Positions 10,077 to 20,151 of a stretch of 64,000 nt of DNA are shown in pieces (the stretch's first letter is position 1; every line of letters begins with the position of its first letter). Source of the DNA: an uncultured Armatimonadetes bacterium (GTDB taxonomy: Bacteria > Armatimonadota > UBA5829 > DTJY01); NCBI GenBank assembly GCA_963717145.1, contig OY970325.1:3328001-3392000 (forward strand), read 5' to 3'. The position numbers were made by a program, and so were the translations under genes. The notes beneath the pieces are model-generated. The model had not been told where the DNA came from. It saw only the letters and a program-made list of their open reading frames with translations, and searched no databases.

Positions 10077-11827
10077 TACTTCTCCCAGTACCGATAGTTG
10101 AACCGGCCGTTCGGGGCCGCGTCGCCGTTGACGGTGAACTCCATGATGTCGCCGTCCGCCTGCATGTTGTCCGCCCACTTGAACTCGAAGTCGAGTGGCT
10201 TCTTCAGGTCATCGAGGCCGAGCGCGGATCGGGGGATCGCCATCTCGAGCTGGTTGCCGGAACAAGCATAGGTCACATCCGTCACATGCGTCCCATCGGT
10301 CCCATTCTGTAATGTCGTCGTCTTCGAGTCGATGACCCGCCGGTTCACGACGAAGTCGTAGCCCTCCCAGCCCGACTGACGGTCGCGGTCGGTGTTGATG
10401 AAGAGCATCATCCAGCGCGGATCGGTGTGCGGCGTGATCGGCTCGCGGGTCTGCGCGTAGAAGTAGATGTATTTCGTGTCGTGCGCGACCTTCAGGAGCG
10501 TGAAATCGTTTCGCCCGGTGTCGTTCGTGTAGCGGCCGATGTCATCGTAAGCCGGGATGGTCGCGGTGCATCGTGTCGCCGATCTCGTCGCGGAACTCGG
10601 GCTTGACGTCGACTTCCAGTCGTCGAAGCCCGCCGTCGATCCTGATCGTCTTCTTCGGACCGGCGACCGGCATCTCGCGAGCGCCCTTGAACCGGCGGAT
10701 GTAGTCCACCATCTGGTAGTAGTAGTCGTCCGAGTGGCCGCCCTTCATCGGCTCGATGTCGCGGCTGTACTCCTGGGTGAACTGATCCACGAACATGACC
10801 GGCTCGCGCTCGCCCGCGAACTCATCGAACCGCATGGCGATCCACTCGTTCCAGCCGGTGATGAAGATGAACTCGGGATCGACCTCCAGCGCGCGCTTCC
10901 ACTGCTCGGCGACGTTGAGGCCGAGGTTGACCGCGCCCGGCCGCTCGTCCTTCTTGCCATCGTGCCAGCTCCGCCCGTAGGTGTTCGGGCACGCTGAACG
11001 CAGAGAGCCGTCCGTCGTGCCCGTTCTGGCCGACGCCGACGACCATCTGCTCCGGCTTGCTTGTTCTGCGTCATAGAAGACGTGCTGCGGATGGATCTCC
11101 AGCCAGCCCCACTCGTTCGGGCCGCTCGGGCCCACGAAGTAGCTCGGCTGGGGCTTGCGGAAGGTGAAGAAGTCCTGGTACTGCGGCTCGACCTTGTCCT
11201 GGTACGGCGAGGATGAGCGGCTTGCCTTTCCACTGGAACCAGAGGTCCTTGTAGAGGCCCGGGCCGTAGAGGTCCTCGTATAACTCGGCGACGACTCTCG
11301 GCGGATCCCAGAACGGCGTCAGGAATGCGATCTGCGGCGTGCGCCCTCCGTCCTTCCGCACTTCTGAGAAGACGCCGCACAGCTCCATGTAGCACTTCTT
11401 GTACGTGGCCTGGTTGGTCACGTCGAAGATCACGACGTCGACACCGGCGTCGGCGAGCATCTGAGCGTGCTTGCGGAGCACCCAGGCGTCGTCGGAGAGG
11501 TAGTAGCCGAGGAGCGGCTCGCCCCAGTGGTGAAACTTGTGCATCGGACCCCACGGCGGGCTCGACGGGCTTCTTCATCGCGTCGGGGTTGGCCGCGAGG
11601 ATCTTCGTGATGTCGTATGGGCCGTCGGTCCCGTGCTGGCCCATCCAGAGGAAGTAGAAGATGCCGACGAACTTGCCGTCCCGTGGCCCGCCGACCTCCT
11701 CGTGCGTGGAGACCTTCCGCCCAAGGCCATCCGTCGCGACCCACGTGTCCGGCTGCCGGTCCCAGTCCGCCGACTGAGCGACGGATGCCACTATCAATAC
11801 GATTGCCAACAACATGAGCCAGTGCAT
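10076..11827 (-). CDS. Secreted putative glycoside hydrolase (GH99/GH71-like fold); several frameshifts
   Basis: DTWVATDGLGR, KFVGIFYFLW, HHWGEPLLGYY, KHAQMLADAGVD, FITGWNEW, EYSRDIEPM, FEFKWADN over several frames. Confidence 0.72.
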
Positions 11828-11863
11828 GATTCGCTCCTGACGTTAAAGCGTCAGTCTGGCCGC

Positions 11864-11912
11864 TAAGCATGCTGAAGCAAGCTCTTCATGGCAGCTTGCT
11901 TCAGCATGCTTA
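11864..11912. repeat. Family C-related palindrome
   Basis: TAAGCATGCTGAAGCAAGCT ... AGCTTGCTTCAGCATGCTTA. Confidence 0.85.
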
Positions 11913-11913
11913 T

Positions 11914-12105
11914 TCAGCTAGACTCGCCATTGATGGTGAGGGCGTGGCGACGCATCGATTCCAGATATCCATCGATGGCGTCTTGGATATTCGCCAACGC
12001 CTCCTCGCGTGTCTCGCCTTCGCTTATGCAGCCTGGGAGCGCCGGGACCGTCGCCACGAAGCCTCCCTCTTCAGCCGCCTGTAGAATCACCTTATACTCG
12101 CTCAT
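11914..12105 (-). CDS. HicB-family antitoxin (short form)
   Basis: YKVILQAAEEGGFVATVPALPGCISEGETREEALANIQDAI. Confidence 0.85.
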   Translation of the reverse strand: MSEYKVILQAAEEGGFVATVPALPGCISEGETREEALANIQDAIDGYLESMRRHALTINGESS

Positions 12106-12120
12106 CCCAACACCCAACAC

Positions 12121-13353
12121 CTAACCCCCGCTCATCAAGTACACGCCGCCGGACATCAGAGTCGCAGGGGCGTTCTCCAGCACCACGGTCGAGCCATCCT
12201 CGGCGGAGACCACGAAGTGCCCCTTGACCTCTTTGTCCCTCGGCACGTTGATGATCGCCCGATCCGGTCCGAGCGAACCTGCCACCTCGTACCGGGCGCC
12301 GTCCTCGTCCGCGATGAAGACCACCTTCTTCTGCAGCCATCGAGCAAACAGCCGGTTGCGGTTCAGCCCACCGACCTCGCCCGCGCCGTAGACGAACCCG
12401 AGCAGCCGGTCGCCCTTCGTGACCCATCCGATCGCGACGATGTACTTGTCCGCCGCGCCCTGGTTAGTGATCATCTCCTGCGCCGGGCTGAAAGCCATGC
12501 CATCGGTCGAGAGAGCGTACCAGAGCTTCTGGGTGTTCATATGGAGGCCCATCAGGTACGTCGGTTTGCCGTCAATGACGAACTTCTTCACGTCATTCAC
12601 GACCGCGCCGACCTCGAGCGACTTGCCCTCGAACTTGTAGTTCTTGCCGTCGGTCGAGGTCGCCCGATAGACCCTGCCGAAATCCTTGAAATTGTTGAAA
12701 TAGAGGCGAAATACGCCGTCCTCGTAGAAGATGGTGTTCATGCCATTGATATCGGCGTCGGCGTACTTCTCGTAGCCGTCGATCGCGATGATGTCGCTCA
12801 TCTGCGCGGGATAGGGCGCTTTGGTCCCATTCCAAACGATCCCGTCCGGACTTGAGAACGTGCCCGGCTTGTTGCGGTCGTTCTTGTCGGGGTAGACGGT
12901 ACACATCAGCCGAAACGATCCATCGGGCAGCCGGACCGCGCTCACGTTGCAGCAGTGGATGAAGTCACCGTGGTCGATCACGAGTTGATGATTGTCGAAG
13001 TCGAGGAAACCCTTCGTTTCGACGGAGTAGATGCGGTCGTTGCCGGTCTGAACTCCGTCCCACGCGCCGTAGAAAAGCCGCCATCCCTCTGGGGTCTCGA
13101 CCGCCGCCGGAGCGTAGATGTTGCGCATGAGGCCGCTCTTCCGGGGCGCGATCATCGGGTAGCGCACATCCGGCACGATGTTGAGCGTGCCGGCCTTCCA
13201 AAGGTCGGGGTCGAACTGCCCCGCGCTTAGGCCGAGTACCTCGACCGTCCCGAGTTCCGCCTGCCCGTCAATCTGTCGCATCGAAGGAGCCGCCATGCAC
13301 ATCACCCCCATCATGAGAATCAACACGCTTATGCTGATGAACCTGAGCATCAT
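12121..13353 (-). CDS. Secreted beta-propeller protein, putative glycoside hydrolase
   Basis: Signal peptide; NIYAPAAV, WRLFYGAWDG; repeated S(T/P)DG Asp-box-like motifs. Confidence 0.65.
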   Translation of the reverse strand: MMLRFISISVLILMMGVMCMAAPSMRQIDGQAELGTVEVLGLSAGQFDPDLWKAGTLNIVPDVRYPMIAPRKSGLMRNIYAPAAVETPEGWRLFYGAWDGVQTGNDRIYSVETKGFLDFDNHQLVIDHGDFIHCCNVSAVRLPDGSFRLMCTVYPDKNDRNKPGTFSSPDGIVWNGTKAPYPAQMSDIIAIDGYEKYADADINGMNTIFYEDGVFRLYFNNFKDFGRVYRATSTDGKNYKFEGKSLEVGAVVNDVKKFVIDGKPTYLMGLHMNTQKLWYALSTDGMAFSPAQEMITNQGAADKYIVAIGWVTKGDRLLGFVYGAGEVGGLNRNRLFARWLQKKVVFIADEDGARYEVAGSLGPDRAIINVPRDKEVKGHFVVSAEDGSTVVLENAPATLMSGGVYLMSGG

Positions 13354-13371
13354 TCCGTCCCTCCTCACGTC

Positions 13372-13490
13372 GTTCGTGCTGGAGTTGTACTCCAGCACGC
13401 AGCACTGAGTATGGGGTTGTACCCCATCTGCCAGCACTGTCGGGAGTACAACTCCCGCTCCAGTTGGGCGTACCGGAGTACAACTCCGGT
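13372..13490. repeat. Cluster of family D palindromes (GGAGTTGTACTCC / GGAGTACAACTCC)
   Basis: Four small hairpins; relatives at 1266-1289, 40121-40208 and 54808-54897. Confidence 0.8.
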
Positions 13491-13518
13491 ACGAACAGGA
13501 AGGCGTCCGAGCATCGAA

Positions 13519-14079
13519 TTATCCTCCAGTATCCAGTGTCAGATGACCGGTATCCGGTATCAGCTTCTTCACGAGGCAGTTCACGATCTCGCCGACGTAG
13601 AGGCGGTGGTAGTCCTTCTCCGGATACCACTGCTCATCGAGCAGCGGATCGAGGAAATTCGCCGGATCGAGGTCCTGGTAGTAGATCTTCCGGCATTCGA
13701 GCACCATCCTGGCTTCTGCGAAAGACGTCGTGCCCTCGAGCATCCCCGGGATCGGTGTCAGTCCTGACTCGGCGACCTTGTCTCCGTCCCTCCCCGATTT
13801 CTGGCCGAGGAGTTGGAGCGCGCGCTTGTACTTATTGTCGAAGAAGGCACACGTGAAGGTGTCGTTCTTCTCCAGGAATTCATACGTGTATCTGACCGGC
13901 CTGACGACGATGCTGACAACGTCCTTGTTCCACAGCACGCCGAGTCCGCCCCAGCCCGCGGTCATGGTGTTATACGACTCCATTGGCCCGGCGGTGACGA
14001 GAAACCAGTCCTTGACTATCAGGCTAAACGGATTGAACTGCAGTTCCTTGGGGTTCATCTGGCGGAAATCCGACTCCAT
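13519..14079 (-). CDS. Flavin reductase family protein
   Basis: WFLVTAG, NTMTAGWGGLG, VRPVRYT, SGRDGDK, HRLYVGEI. Confidence 0.88.
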   Translation of the reverse strand: MESDFRQMNPKELQFNPFSLIVKDWFLVTAGPMESYNTMTAGWGGLGVLWNKDVVSIVVRPVRYTYEFLEKNDTFTCAFFDNKYKRALQLLGQKSGRDGDKVAESGLTPIPGMLEGTTSFAEARMVLECRKIYYQDLDPANFLDPLLDEQWYPEKDYHRLYVGEIVNCLVKKLIPDTGHLTLDTGG

Positions 14080-14153
14080 GGCGTACCTCCTGGTGGACGG
14101 TAATCAGTGAACGGTGAACAGTATACCAGTTTGATGGCGAGTCGGCTAGTCTG

Positions 14154-15515
14154 CGAATTGCTTCACGAACGATGTTACCGAAACGGAAACGTTGCCTCAG
14201 ATAAGAATGTTACCGAAACTGAGGCATGGAGAAGATGACAACTGCATCCGTAAGAGAAGTCGTGAGGCGCAAACGCAAAGAATATGGCAAAGCCACCAAA
14301 TCGGAGAAGAAGCTGGTATTGAGTGAAGTCCAGGGATTGACCGGTTACCACAGGAAGTCGCTGGTGAGGCTGTTCGCGAAAGGAGTTCCACCAGCGAGGA
14401 GTCCAGTGAGACGCGCAAGGAAGTCGAAATACGAGCCGATAGCCCACAAGCTGAAGACACTCTGGGCTGCGAGTTTCTACGCGTGCGGTAAGCGTCTGCA
14501 GCCGTTTCTGACTGAGTTTCTACCCATACTGGAGTCATTCGGGGAGATAACGGTTACACCAGAAGAAGAGAGGCTGCTTAACTCGATCAGCGCGTCGAGC
14601 ATCGACAGGTTGATGAAGAAGGAGCGGTCTGCCCTATCGCTAACAGGGAGGACCTTAACAAAGCCGGGGACACTGCTTCGGTCTCAGATCCCGGTGAGGA
14701 CGTTTGCCGACTGGGATGAAGCTGAGCCTGGGTTCTTCGAGATGGACTTGGTGGGTCATTGCGGAGGTGACGGGAGCGGAGAGTTCCTGTATACTTTGAC
14801 TATGACTGATGTAGCGACCGGATGGGTAGCGCTTGATGGAATGAAAGGCCGAGGGGAGCACGGAACCGTGCTTGCGGTGCAGTCCGCGTCCAAGAGCGCA
14901 CCGTTTGCAGTCAGAGGCATAGATACCGACAACGGCGGCGAGTTCATCAACCATCACATGAACAAGTACTGTCGAGCGCACAGGATCACGTTTACGCGCA
15001 GTCGGCCTTACAAGAAGAACGATCAATGTCATGTAGAGCAGAAGAACTGGAGCGTAGTCCGGCAGTTTATAGGTTACCGGCGATTCGAGACGGACGAGCA
15101 GCTTGCGGTACTAAAGGCGATATATCCGCTGATCGTGGCGTATCACAACTTCTGTCAGCCCATGATGCGTCTTAAAGAAAAGGAGCGGATTGGGAGTAAA
15201 GTGATCAAACGCTATGAGCCTGCGATGACGCCGTACCGCAAGCTGATAAGTGTTGAAGGATGGCTTGACGATGAAGCAAAGGATCGCCTCGATAAAGAAC
15301 GTAGAGCGACGAACCCGGTGGAGCTACTAAGACGCATCCACAGGCTATCATCAAAGCTTGACAGGATGCCGAATAAAGACAGATCGAAAGCGAGCAAGGC
15401 GCGGCCCTGAGCGGCGATCAAGAGCCGATCTGACATACTTGAACACACTACTTGGTAACATTATCAATGACGCAACGAATGGCGTTTCGGTAACAAAGTT
15501 AAATGAGGCAACACG
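14154..15515 (+). mobile_element. Insertion sequence with rve-type DDE transposase (unclassified/ISNCY-like)
   Basis: GTCTG duplicated at 14149-14153 and 15516-15520; each end has two copies of a (G/A)TTGC.TCA-N7/8-TGTTACC(G)AA motif, inverted between ends. Confidence 0.85.
14226..15410 (+). CDS. DDE transposase (integrase core, rve)
   Basis: PGFFEMDLVGHCG, IDTDNGGEFIN, FTRSRPYKKNDQCHVEQKN. Confidence 0.92.
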   Translation: MEKMTTASVREVVRRKRKEYGKATKSEKKLVLSEVQGLTGYHRKSLVRLFAKGVPPARSPVRRARKSKYEPIAHKLKTLWAASFYACGKRLQPFLTEFLPILESFGEITVTPEEERLLNSISASSIDRLMKKERSALSLTGRTLTKPGTLLRSQIPVRTFADWDEAEPGFFEMDLVGHCGGDGSGEFLYTLTMTDVATGWVALDGMKGRGEHGTVLAVQSASKSAPFAVRGIDTDNGGEFINHHMNKYCRAHRITFTRSRPYKKNDQCHVEQKNWSVVRQFIGYRRFETDEQLAVLKAIYPLIVAYHNFCQPMMRLKEKERIGSKVIKRYEPAMTPYRKLISVEGWLDDEAKDRLDKERRATNPVELLRRIHRLSSKLDRMPNKDRSKASKARP

Positions 15516-15522
15516 GTCTGCG

Positions 15523-15667
15523 CCCCTCCTTACGAAGGAGGGGCCGGCCAGCAGGCCGGGGGAGGTTCGCCTCGGCGTTCTTGGCGTCTTGGCGGTTCCT
15601 ACTCCGGGTGTACGCCAGGCACAGACCCCCTCGGCCCAGAGGCCGGTCCCCCTTCGCAAGGGGGACA
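15523..15667. repeat. Cluster of short palindromes and tandem 9-mers
   Basis: CCCCTCCTTACGAAGGAGGGG; (CTTGGCG..)x3; TCCCCCTTCGCAAGGGGGA. Confidence 0.65.
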
Positions 15668-15669
15668 TC

Positions 15670-16173
15670 TCACGCGCTGCTCATCTTCTCGAGCCGTAGT
15701 ATGTTGTTTCGGCAGACCCAGAGCGGGATGATGCCGAAGACCCCGAACGAGCAGTCGATCAGCCGCCAGTAGATCGGGATGCCGCGGATCGGCCCGCAGA
15801 TGAACGCGAGCGGGATCACCAGCGCGCAGGCGATCATCCCCCACTCCACAATCCACTTGTTGCGGACGGGATCCCTCAGCGCGCCGATGAACGCCAGCCC
15901 GATGACGATGTGCCCGAACGCGAGCCAGTCCGTGCCGTATGCCATGAAGGGGAATCGCGCGTTGGTGTCGATGAGGCCCTCACGGACCTTGAGTATCCAG
16001 TGGAGCAAGCCGGTCGCATCGCCGGGGGTCATGGAGTCGCTCGCGCCCATGAATCGCGCGAGCGTGCGGACCTCCCACTCCAAAGGGAAGGCCGTAAGCC
16101 CGCTCATCACCAACCCGACGATGAAGATGACCAGGAGGAATTTGATTCGTCGCCTCAGGATGCGCTCGCCCAT
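15670..16173 (-). CDS. Conserved membrane protein
   Basis: SGLTAFPL, PFMAYGTDWLAFGH, RDPVRNKW, RGIP..WRLIDCSFG; several TM segments. Confidence 0.8.
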   Translation of the reverse strand: MGERILRRRIKFLLVIFIVGLVMSGLTAFPLEWEVRTLARFMGASDSMTPGDATGLLHWILKVREGLIDTNARFPFMAYGTDWLAFGHIVIGLAFIGALRDPVRNKWIVEWGMIACALVIPLAFICGPIRGIPIYWRLIDCSFGVFGIIPLWVCRNNILRLEKMSSA

Positions 16174-16206
16174 GGGAGGAGACTTCGCTTCCGCGCGCCG
16201 CGGCGA

Positions 16207-16713
16207 CTACTGCTCCGGGGGCGTGGTGACGCTAACGTCGATCTTCGTCGGGATGCCGGCCTTCCCCTCAATCAGGAGCAGGTCCGACTTCTTCCCTGCG
16301 GTCCGGTAGAAGCCGCTCATTCGCGATCCCTTGGCCCGGGTTTCCTTACTCTCCTTGTAGCCCAGGAGTGACTCCCTGTAGAAACCCATCACCTTATCGA
16401 AGCTGTCCGGGGTCGTCAGGCTGGCCACCACGACCTTGTTACCTTTCCCGTCACCGCCGACCTTGAAGCTCTTCTGCTTGGCGCCGGGGTAGATCGGCAT
16501 GCCGAGCTGATCTTGCAGGATATCTCTGAACTCCGGAGGCTTCTCGTCCTTGCCGGCGTTCGCGCCTGGTGGAGGAGGCGACTTCCCCTCGGCGGGCGGC
16601 GGCGTTTCCGGCTGGGTAGTGACGACGGTAGTCGTCTGCCTCTTCGCGCACCCGGGGATGAAGGCTGTTAGCGCCAGAAGGCACACTATACATGCTACGC
16701 TGAAATATCTCAT
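16207..16713 (-). CDS. Putative lipoprotein
   Basis: Signal ending IPG-C, Pro-rich linker, GMPIYPGA and TPDSFDKVMGFY motifs. Confidence 0.72.
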   Translation of the reverse strand: MRYFSVACIVCLLALTAFIPGCAKRQTTTVVTTQPETPPPAEGKSPPPPGANAGKDEKPPEFRDILQDQLGMPIYPGAKQKSFKVGGDGKGNKVVVASLTTPDSFDKVMGFYRESLLGYKESKETRAKGSRMSGFYRTAGKKSDLLLIEGKAGIPTKIDVSVTTPPEQ

Positions 16714-16757
16714 TGGTTTCTCCTCTTCGGCGCCGCATAGGACGTATGCGCCGCTGT

Positions 16758-18566
16758 CTATTCCCGGTACTTATTCGTGATCGGCAGGCGTCTATCCTTG
16801 CCGAACGCTTTCGGGGTGATCTTCACGCCCGGAGGGGCCTGCCGTCGCTTGTATTCATTCCGGTCCACCATCCGGACCACGCGCTCGACTATCGGACGGT
16901 CGTACCCGAGCGCCACGATCTCCTCGACACTCCGATCCTCCTCTACATACGCATGAAGCATAGGATCGAGCACCTCGTAGGGCGGGAGTGTGTCGACATC
17001 TTTCTGATCGGGACGAAGCTCGGCGGACGGGGGGCGCACGATTATGCTCGCAGGGATGACATCACCCAGCGTGTTCCGGTAGTCCGAGAGTTCGTACACG
17101 AGCGTCTTCGGCACGTCCTTCAGGATGTTGAACCCGCCGGCCATGTCGCCATAGAGCGTGCTGTATCCGACCGCGATCTCGCTCTTGTTGCCGGTCGTGA
17201 TCACGAGCCAGCCGAACTTGTTGGAGAGCGCCATCAGGATGTTCCCGCGCGCCCTCGCTTGGAGGTTCTCCTCGGCGACTCCCTGCTCGGAGCCTTTGAA
17301 CGCATCGGCAAGCGTCTCCAGGTACGCCTCGAAAACCTGCTCGATGGGAATCCAGTAGTGTAGGATACCGAGTCCCTCGGACATCTTGACCGCATCGCTC
17401 TGGGTCGCCTCGGACGAGAACTGCGAGGGCATCACGACCGCCACCACCCGGTCCTTGCCGAGCGCATCGGCGGCGATCACGGCGGTCAGCGCCGAGTCGA
17501 TCCCACCGCTCATGCCGAGGACTACTCGCCGGAATCCGTTCTTCTCGACGTAGTCCCGCGTGCCGAGGATCAGCGCCTTGTAGATCTCCTCCAGCCGTCC
17601 CGGCGGCTCTGTCAGGCACGATGGGAGCGCCGGCCGTTCCGCGCCGCCGGAACGCTGTAGGGGCGTGCCTTGTGCCGCCTGCACCTGTGTGTCGGGCGGC
17701 ACAAGGCACGCCCCTACAGCGTTCGGGTGAGGCGGAATTTGCACGCGCTCGACGGTCACATCGCCGGTGCATGAGAAAACCTTATCCTGGCGGAGGCGCG
17801 CATTCGCCCGCCGCTGATGGCGCACTTCCGTCGGATCGAGATCGACCAGCACGAGCGACTCCTCGCATGAGGGTCCGCGGCAGATGATCCGTCCGTCCGG
17901 GCCGAAAACCATCGAATGGCCGTCGAACACAAGCTCGTCCTGGCCGCCGATGAGGTTGCCATAGACGAAAAAGCAGATGTTGTCGGATGCCCGCGTGGCG
18001 AGCATCTCCTCGCGGAACTTCCACTTGCCCGCATGGAACGGGGAGGAGTTGATAACGAGGATGATCTCCGCGTCGCCGAGGAGCGCCTGATATCTGTGCG
18101 GGCCGTCGGGGAACCAGCTATCCTCGCAGATCTCGACGCCGAAGACGGTCCCGCATGCCTCGAAGACCTTCAGGTCGCTGCCGGTCTTGAAGTAGCGCTC
18201 CTCATCGAAGACGCCGTAGTTCGGAAGGTGGACCTTCCGGTGGACGCCCATCAGCTCGCCGTCCGAGATGATCGCCGCGGAGTTGAAGAGGCCGTCGTCC
18301 TGCTCGACGAACCCGACGACCGAGATGATCCCCTTCGACGCCTCGATGACCCGATCGAGGCATTCCATGTTCCGTCGGACGAACCCGTTCTTGAGCAGCA
18401 GGTCCTCCGGCGGGTAACCGGTGATCGACAGCTCGGGAAACGTGACGATGTCCGCGCCGGCGTCCTTCGCCCGACCGATGTAGTCGATGATCTCTAAGGT
18501 ATTGCCATCCAGATCGCCGACCGTCGTGTCGATCTGGGCGATGGCGATCCTCACCGGCGTCTCCAT
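16758..18566 (-). CDS. nadE: Glutamine-dependent NAD+ synthetase with an in-frame palindromic insertion in the linker
   Basis: Nitrilase domain (FPELSITGYPPED, EICED) plus synthetase (GMSGGIDS, ENLQARARG, TTGNKSE, PPSAEL, NEYKRRQ). Confidence 0.96.
   Translation of the reverse strand: METPVRIAIAQIDTTVGDLDGNTLEIIDYIGRAKDAGADIVTFPELSITGYPPEDLLLKNGFVRRNMECLDRVIEASKGIISVVGFVEQDDGLFNSAAIISDGELMGVHRKVHLPNYGVFDEERYFKTGSDLKVFEACGTVFGVEICEDSWFPDGPHRYQALLGDAEIILVINSSPFHAGKWKFREEMLATRASDNICFFVYGNLIGGQDELVFDGHSMVFGPDGRIICRGPSCEESLVLVDLDPTEVRHQRRANARLRQDKVFSCTGDVTVERVQIPPHPNAVGACLVPPDTQVQAAQGTPLQRSGGAERPALPSCLTEPPGRLEEIYKALILGTRDYVEKNGFRRVVLGMSGGIDSALTAVIAADALGKDRVVAVVMPSQFSSEATQSDAVKMSEGLGILHYWIPIEQVFEAYLETLADAFKGSEQGVAEENLQARARGNILMALSNKFGWLVITTGNKSEIAVGYSTLYGDMAGGFNILKDVPKTLVYELSDYRNTLGDVIPASIIVRPPSAELRPDQKDVDTLPPYEVLDPMLHAYVEEDRSVEEIVALGYDRPIVERVVRMVDRNEYKRRQAPPGVKITPKAFGKDRRLPITNKYRE
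17650..17724. repeat. Family E REP palindrome inside nadE
   Basis: 30 bp perfect arms; same core lies intergenically at 30199-30262. Confidence 0.9.
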
Positions 18567-18645
18567 GGAATCCCTCCGGCATGAGTATACCTTCAGAAGG
18601 GGCAGTTGTTCAAGTGAGGGATGATGCTGAATGTCCAGGAACCGA

Positions 18646-18750
18646 CAGCCCTGAGTGTGCCGGTGAATGACGGCATGTATCGAAGGGCGGCCTCATGCGC
18701 CAAGAACGCCCTTCGATACATGCCGTCATTCACCGGCACACTCAGGGCTG
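18646..18750. repeat. Long palindrome, family F (CAG.CCTGAGTG.GCCGGTGAATGACGGC)
   Basis: Perfect arms; second copy 37950-38066, half copy near 59611-59635. Confidence 0.88.
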
Positions 18751-18757
18751 GACGGTG

Positions 18758-19573
18758 CTATTCCTGGGTCTTCGCATCCTTCGCGCTGCCGTCGGAGACC
18801 GGCTTGAGGGAGAGCACCGGGCGGAGGATGCCGCACATCCCGTAGGCGAAGTCCGCCTTGCCGTCGTGGAACGCCGCATCGTAGTCCGGCTTGCTGCCCG
18901 GGAGCGACTCGATCCGCTGCTGGGAGACCTGACCCCAATGGAGCGGGCCCTGTGCGACCGCATCGGCAAACTTCGGCTTGATCGCCTCCATCGCCGAGAG
19001 ATGCACCTTAGTGAACCGCTTCAGTTCGGCGAAGTATGCCTTCCGGTCGGTCTCCCACAGCTTCATCAGACCCATGTACGCCTTCACCGCCGCGTCCCGG
19101 CGTTCGAGCGCGCCGTCGAGGCCCTTCGCCTTCGCGAGGCCGACCAGCCGCGTAAACTCGGCCGGATTGTCATCGACCGCCTTACCGAAGTAGATCCGCG
19201 CATCCCCACGTTCGGCGAGTCCCGCGTTGCCCATGACCGCCAGAATGACGAGGTGATCGGTGGTGATGATCCGATGCAGGGTGCATGGCGGAAACTGAAG
19301 GTACTGGCCCGGCTTCAACTCGACGGTCCGCAGGCCGTGCTCCACATCGTGCAGTTCGACCCTTCCAGTCCCGCTGAGGATGTAGTACGCCTCGTCGGTG
19401 ATCGCGTGGACGTGCGGCGATCCGGAGTTCAGGCCGTCGGGAGCGGGCCGCTGGTCATAGACGGTCAGATGTGTCAGCCCCACCCCGCCGATGATCCCGG
19501 CGGACGCATCCGCCGCCAAGGCAGGCGTGAGCAGAACTGAAAGCATGAGCAGTGCTATCAAGTGTATTCTCAT
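18758..19573 (-). CDS. Secreted cupin-domain protein
   Basis: Signal peptide; GSPHVHAITDEAYYILSGTG and FPPCTLHR cupin motifs. Confidence 0.8.
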   Translation of the reverse strand: MRIHLIALLMLSVLLTPALAADASAGIIGGVGLTHLTVYDQRPAPDGLNSGSPHVHAITDEAYYILSGTGRVELHDVEHGLRTVELKPGQYLQFPPCTLHRIITTDHLVILAVMGNAGLAERGDARIYFGKAVDDNPAEFTRLVGLAKAKGLDGALERRDAAVKAYMGLMKLWETDRKAYFAELKRFTKVHLSAMEAIKPKFADAVAQGPLHWGQVSQQRIESLPGSKPDYDAAFHDGKADFAYGMCGILRPVLSLKPVSDGSAKDAKTQE

Positions 19574-19610
19574 GTGTCCTCTTGTCTCCTTGTGCTTGGG
19601 TATGCTAGGC

Positions 19611-19940
19611 TCAGGGAGCGGCCGATCTCAAGCTGTGGTCCGTCTCGATTGTCCAGTCTTGCATGATCTGGATCGCAGCCCCAACCTTGTGTTCGATCTC
19701 CGGGTCCGACTCGGCCCGGACGACGATCACGTCTCCCTCAGGTTCCCAAGACAACCACATCTTCAGGGTATGCACGCCGCTGAACTCGTACTCGAAGCGC
19801 TCATCTAGCTCGACACTCGTCTTCTTGATGCCATAGAAAACTGCTGTCCAGTCCGACTCGTCGAAGTCATAGCCGGCGAAACCAGCGCATGCCTTCAGGA
19901 AAGGATAGATATTGCCAGCACCGATCATGTCTCCGACCAT
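19611..19940 (-). CDS. Small acidic hypothetical protein
   Basis: Open frame with GYDFDESDWTAV; start uncertain (19940 or 19928). Confidence 0.55.
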   Translation of the reverse strand: MVGDMIGAGNIYPFLKACAGFAGYDFDESDWTAVFYGIKKTSVELDERFEYEFSGVHTLKMWLSWEPEGDVIVVRAESDPEIEHKVGAAIQIMQDWTIETDHSLRSAAP

Positions 19941-20060
19941 CTCTCGTACTCCCACTCTCCCATTCGCCCACTCGTGCGCTTCTCCCTCCATTGACCCCTG
20001 TTCCCCGGAAGTGCTATCCTCTGCGAAACGGGTACAACCAATCGTTGGTATGGAGCGCAG

Positions 20061-20127
20061 TCGTCATGCTGAACTTGGTTCAGCATCCAGCGACGTGGTG
20101 GATGCTGAATCAAGTTCAGCATGACGA
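20061..20127. repeat. Family C palindrome
   Basis: TCGTCATGCTGAACTTGGTTCAGCATCCA ... TGGATGCTGAATCAAGTTCAGCATGACGA. Confidence 0.88.
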
Positions 20128-20151
20128 TCACGCTCCAAAGGGAGAGACATC

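Noticed and set aside
14157-14219. dif/Xer site at the IS end
   Set aside because: Only superficial resemblance; the motif occurs four times as IS end repeats
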